Assembly (NCBI GenBank): GCA_016187935.1
Contig: JACPIU010000008.1
Coordinates: 292,086-356,085, forward strand
Source of the DNA: Bdellovibrio sp.
GTDB lineage: Bacteria; Bdellovibrionota; Bacteriovoracia; Bacteriovoracales; Bacteriovoracaceae
Length of the DNA stretch: 64,000 nt
Direction: 5' to 3'
In this document: piece after piece, positions 60,515 to 64,000 of the stretch
How the letters are laid out: the number at the start of each line of letters is the position of its first letter
How positions within the stretch are numbered: the stretch's first letter is position 1
The notes under the pieces: model-generated
Database searches by the model: none
The model's input: only the letters and a program-made list of their open reading frames with translations
What the model was told of the DNA's origin: nothing
Position numbers and translations under genes: made by a program

Positions 60515-60967
60515 ATGACACAGCGTAAAAAAATAATTATTATTGATATCGATGGAACCCTGGCAAATATCGAGCATCGTGTGCCTCACGTGAGAGGGGA
60601 ACGGAAGAATTGGAATGAGTTCAACAAGAACTTTCATAAGGATATTCTCAACAAATGGTGCGCAGAATTGATTGGGGCCATGCAGGCACAGGGCGTGGGA
60701 ACCTTGCTTCTTACTGGGCGGGGAGAGCGCTATCGAAGTCCCACCGAGGAATGGTTGGCCGTTCATGGGATAAATTTTGAGCGGCTTTTTATGAGAAAAT
60801 CCAAAGACCGAAGAGAGGATGCGGTCATCAAAAAAGAAATCTATCTAGAGCATATCAAACCTCTCTATGATGTTTTGTTTGTGGTGGAAGATCGCTTGAA
60901 TGTGGTCAAAATGTGGCGTGAACAACTGGGCCTGGTGTGCCTCCAATGTGACTGGGGCAATTTTTAA
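60515..60967 (+). CDS. HAD-like phosphatase (polynucleotide-3'-phosphatase/NT5C-like)
   Basis: IIIIDIDGTLAN (DxDGT motif I). 150 aa. Confidence 0.55.
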   Translation: MTQRKKIIIIDIDGTLANIEHRVPHVRGERKNWNEFNKNFHKDILNKWCAELIGAMQAQGVGTLLLTGRGERYRSPTEEWLAVHGINFERLFMRKSKDRREDAVIKKEIYLEHIKPLYDVLFVVEDRLNVVKMWREQLGLVCLQCDWGNF

Positions 60968-60974
60968 ACATGAT

Positions 60975-61739
60975 TCAGTTGCTCCAAACTTGATCGCGGT
61001 AATGGCGTAAATGATCCAAGAAGAAGCTCTCAAGAACCGGTTTCACAAGAAAAGCAGGTAAAAGAGGTCCACCCAACGCGCGAATGCGATGAGCAGAATG
61101 GAAGGTCACGAGGGTGCCTTCGGCCGAGGCCTGAAAATCAACAGTTCCGAGGTCAGATTCGGTTGATCGATTGTCAGAGTAGCGCACCCACCAGGTCACA
61201 GTGGCGCGACGTTCACCGTAACGAATGACCTCCAGCTTAGTCATGTCCTGATTCTTACTCCAAATATCGAGATCGCCGGGTAACAATGAAAGTACCATTC
61301 TCTCCAACTGACGAATCGGGCGCCCTTTAGCATCGCGCTCGTACACCACTACCTCGCCTCCCAAATAGTGATCGAGGCGCACTCCCCACTCTGCCGCCGG
61401 GAAAGTAGCGGAAAATCTTTCAAAGGAAATGGGAATCAAAATACGCGTCAGCTCAATGGCCGCTGTTTTACTCGGTTTGCCAGGTTCCGTTTGAATGTCT
61501 TGAGTATAGCTGTTTGAGACTCCGTATAAAAGATCGTTGATGGAGGCGCGCTCGATCTTGGAACGGACTGATTTGGGAATGGCCGACTGATAACGCTCGA
61601 CAAGAGAAACAACTTGTTCCCATTCACTCTTCTCTGCCGGAAACCAATTTAGACGATAATCATCTTCTGCGTGAGCGCTAAGAAAACCCATGAACAACAA
61701 AAATGGCAAAAGAGTTAGAGTGATGGAGCGAATTCGCAT
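60975..61739 (-). CDS. secreted hypothetical protein
   Basis: Signal peptide MRIRSITLTLLPFLLFMGFLSAHA. Confidence 0.5.
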   Translation of the reverse strand: MRIRSITLTLLPFLLFMGFLSAHAEDDYRLNWFPAEKSEWEQVVSLVERYQSAIPKSVRSKIERASINDLLYGVSNSYTQDIQTEPGKPSKTAAIELTRILIPISFERFSATFPAAEWGVRLDHYLGGEVVVYERDAKGRPIRQLERMVLSLLPGDLDIWSKNQDMTKLEVIRYGERRATVTWWVRYSDNRSTESDLGTVDFQASAEGTLVTFHSAHRIRALGGPLLPAFLVKPVLESFFLDHLRHYRDQVWSN

Positions 61740-61836
61740 GGCGTACCTCTAATGTGATCAGATTTTTTTGGTAATATACTAGCACGCTTATTTTGAGCTT
61801 TCCTAAAGCCTGTAATTTTTCCATATACAGGAAGGA

Positions 61837-62106
61837 TTATTGGGCAACAATGACTTTCAAATTAATTCGCTCTTCTCTTAACTTATCTTGCATACATAAC
61901 TGCACCCAATACGATTCAGGAGCACCAATCTTTCGAGCGATTTTCACCGCTCTTGAAGGTGTCGGTATTCTTCGCCCACTCTCAAGATCGGCCAAGGAGG
62001 CGATAGAAATTTTGAGAAGAGATGAAAATTCTTTCAAAGTCATCTCTCCTGCTAAACGTTGGGCCTCTAAGGTTTTGCCGAAAGTCATCTCAGACATTTT
62101 GGGGGT
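61837..62106 (-). CDS. XRE-like HTH protein (paralog of 25292-25510)
   Basis: LADLESGRRIPTPSRAVKIARKIG. Confidence 0.55.
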   Translation of the reverse strand, partial: TPKMSEMTFGKTLEAQRLAGEMTLKEFSSLLKISIASLADLESGRRIPTPSRAVKIARKIGAPESYWVQLCMQDKLREERINLKVIVAQ

Positions 62107-62398
62107 AAATTTTTTCGTTCTCAATTTCTTTTTCATAGGACTCCGGGCACACTTTAGATGACAACAATGCAATACTATTATCATTGGCGGTTTTCTCCAA
62201 CAACAAAAGTGGCCACAGAAACGCGCCACCTGGCGCGCTTTCAAAGCGAGAAAAAAATGTTTCACCACCAACGCTAAGCACCGGTCTTCGCAAGTACTTA
62301 AAATTGATGACAAATGAAGAATTCTCAAAATACTCTTGGGGAAATAGTTGAACTAGACACGAAACATGGTTTTTTTTCGCCCACCACTCGTTGCTCAA
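62090..62398 (-). CDS. small protein, homolog of 25507-25725 (putative toxin partner)
   Basis: Shared SFVINFKY...ETFFSRFES pattern. Overlaps the downstream HTH gene. Confidence 0.4.
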   Translation of the reverse strand: MSNEWWAKKNHVSCLVQLFPQEYFENSSFVINFKYLRRPVLSVGGETFFSRFESAPGGAFLWPLLLLEKTANDNSIALLSSKVCPESYEKEIENEKIYPQNV

Positions 62399-62574
62399 GA
62401 ATACTCTTTAATTTTTACACGCTCACTGCTGCATACCTTGCCACTTAACTCAAATGACGATTATCGACAAAATTAAGCCACTTTTTTTTATCATCTAAAG
62501 AATAATCTTTAAGCCACTCAATTTTTTTGCCGATAATACATAATAGGTAGAAACTCTAATTTGGATTTATTAAT

Positions 62575-64000
62575 TGAATACGTCTTTCTTCGCTCTTATT
62601 TTGATCTTATTTTTCTTATCCGCCTGCAACAATGACGATGCTTCTCAGAAAGGTATGCTTGGTGAGATTGGAAGGGCCATCAACAAAAGCATAACAGATC
62701 CGTTATTTTTAGATCAGTGGCATTTATCAAATACCGGACAAATGGGCGGAAATTACGGTGAAGATATAAATGTCTCGCCGGTTTGGGCGGCAGGAAATAA
62801 AGGTGACAATGTCATCATTGCCGTGGTTGATGATGGTTTTCAAATCGGCCACCCCGATCTCTCGGCCAACGTCACATCGGGAAGTTATAATTATTTATCC
62901 GGCACTTCAGATCCAAGCGGCCCGGATGCTATTCACGGAACCTGTGTCGCAGGCGTGATCGCCGCTCGAGACATGAATGGTGTCGGAGTAAGCGGGGTTG
63001 CCCCTCGTGCCAAATTGATGGGTTTTAATTTATTGGAGGATTTCACCGACGCTAACACCGCCGATGCCATGATCAGAAATTACTTCTCCGTTGCAGTCTC
63101 AAATAATAGTTGGGGGCCCAACGATGGTCTGGGGGGATTCGATGATTCTCCCAGCGTCTGGCGTGCGGCGGTGGAAACAGGTCTGGCAGATGGCAATGGC
63201 GGCAAAGGAACAGTGTATGTTTGGGCCGGAGGAAACGGAGCATTTTCTGCCACAGGACAACTTGCCGATTGGTCCAACTATGACGGATATGCAAATTTTC
63301 ATGGCGTTATCGCCGTTTGTGCAGTCGGGGAAGATGGTGTGGCCGCTTCCTACTCAGAGCCTGGCGCGAATCTATGGGTTTGTGCCCCCTCACAAGGAAG
63401 CAGCACCGGGCCGGCAATCACCACGACGGATATTTCAGGAAGTCTGTACGGGTTCAATACTTCCGCCGATGTTACTGATCTCAGCAATAAAGATTACACC
63501 AAATACTTTAATGGCACCTCGGCGTCCGCTCCCATGGTCGCAGGTGTGGCCGCACTTATACTGAAAGCAAATCCGCTGCTAACTTGGCGTGATGTAAAAA
63601 TTATTTTGGCGGCCAGTGCGCGCAAGAATGATCCCAGCAATGCCGGCTGGACAACCAACGCCGCATCTCCACCCTATAACATCAGCTATGATTATGGTTT
63701 CGGGGTGGTGGATGCCGAAGCCGCCGTACTCATGGCGAGTTCTTGGAGCAATGTTGGAACATTAGTTTCCTTTGCCTATCCGGTGGGCGGTGCTCAGGTG
63801 GTTAATCAGGCGGTGCCCGATAATGGTACCGTGGTCTCATCTTCAGTCGTTGTCGCGGGTAGCGGCATTACTAAAATCGAATTTGTGGAAGTGACCGTCA
63901 ATATGACCCATCAGGATTGGGGCAATCTTGCCATTCAGTTGGAACGCTCCGGAGGTATTAGCACAATCAGCCGACTCACCAATAATCATAAATGCTTTAG
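62575..64000 (+). CDS. S8 kexin/furin-like serine peptidase lipoprotein (partial, runs off the window)
   Basis: TTG start after a stop. Lipobox ILFFLSAC. DPLFLDQWHLSNTGQ, DDGFQIGHPDL (Asp), HGTCVAGVIAA (His), GTSASAPMVAGVAALI (Ser). Confidence 0.8.

Noticed and set aside
1-64000. tRNA, rRNA or other canonical RNA genes
   Set aside because: No cloverleaf-compatible segments with a GTTCGA-type T-loop, and no rRNA-like conserved blocks, were seen by eye. A tRNAscan-SE or Infernal run would be needed to be definitive.

Overview
This is a 64 kb bacterial chromosomal window with mixed GC content. Housekeeping and secretome genes sit at low-to-mid 40s to about 50 % GC, and one roughly 600 bp gene is near 57 %. 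Several features suggest a predatory or deltaproteobacterial-like (Bdellovibrionota-like) organism: an RCC1-repeat lipoprotein, several S8 peptidases, a secreted Endonuclease_NS nuclease and a CARDB lipoprotein. That assignment is inference only.

The left half (about 4.5 to 30.5 kb) is an accessory and defense island. It contains:
- a secreted non-specific nuclease operon;
- an OLD-family ATPase-TOPRIM nuclease (604 aa);
- immediately downstream, a tightly translationally coupled three-gene operon: a class III nucleotidyl-cyclase-like protein, an NDT/TIR-like Rossmann protein and a small PD-(D/E)xK-like protein. This looks like a previously undescribed cyclic-nucleotide-type defense module;
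- a convergent 570 aa orphan protein;
- a run of toxin-antitoxin operons (higBA, brnTA, a second RelE-like/HTH pair, two copies of an uncharacterised small-protein/HTH pair, and a decayed higBA copy). Each is preceded by a member of a repeat family carrying 10-bp-phased CATGAAA iterons;
- an IS1380-family element with a frameshifted transposase;
- several duplicated gene fragments that point to cassette shuffling.

Also present are a wHTH-GHKL ATPase plus DUF4325 STAS-like pair and a Fic protein with a degenerate motif.

The right half is mostly core or secretome functions: an M48 protease, a large SPFH protein with internal repeats, an RlmL-like methyltransferase, UppP, an ECF sigma/anti-sigma/LepB operon whose sigma gene is frameshifted, S8 peptidases, phnDCE and HAD phosphatases.

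No rRNA, tRNA or CRISPR arrays were found.
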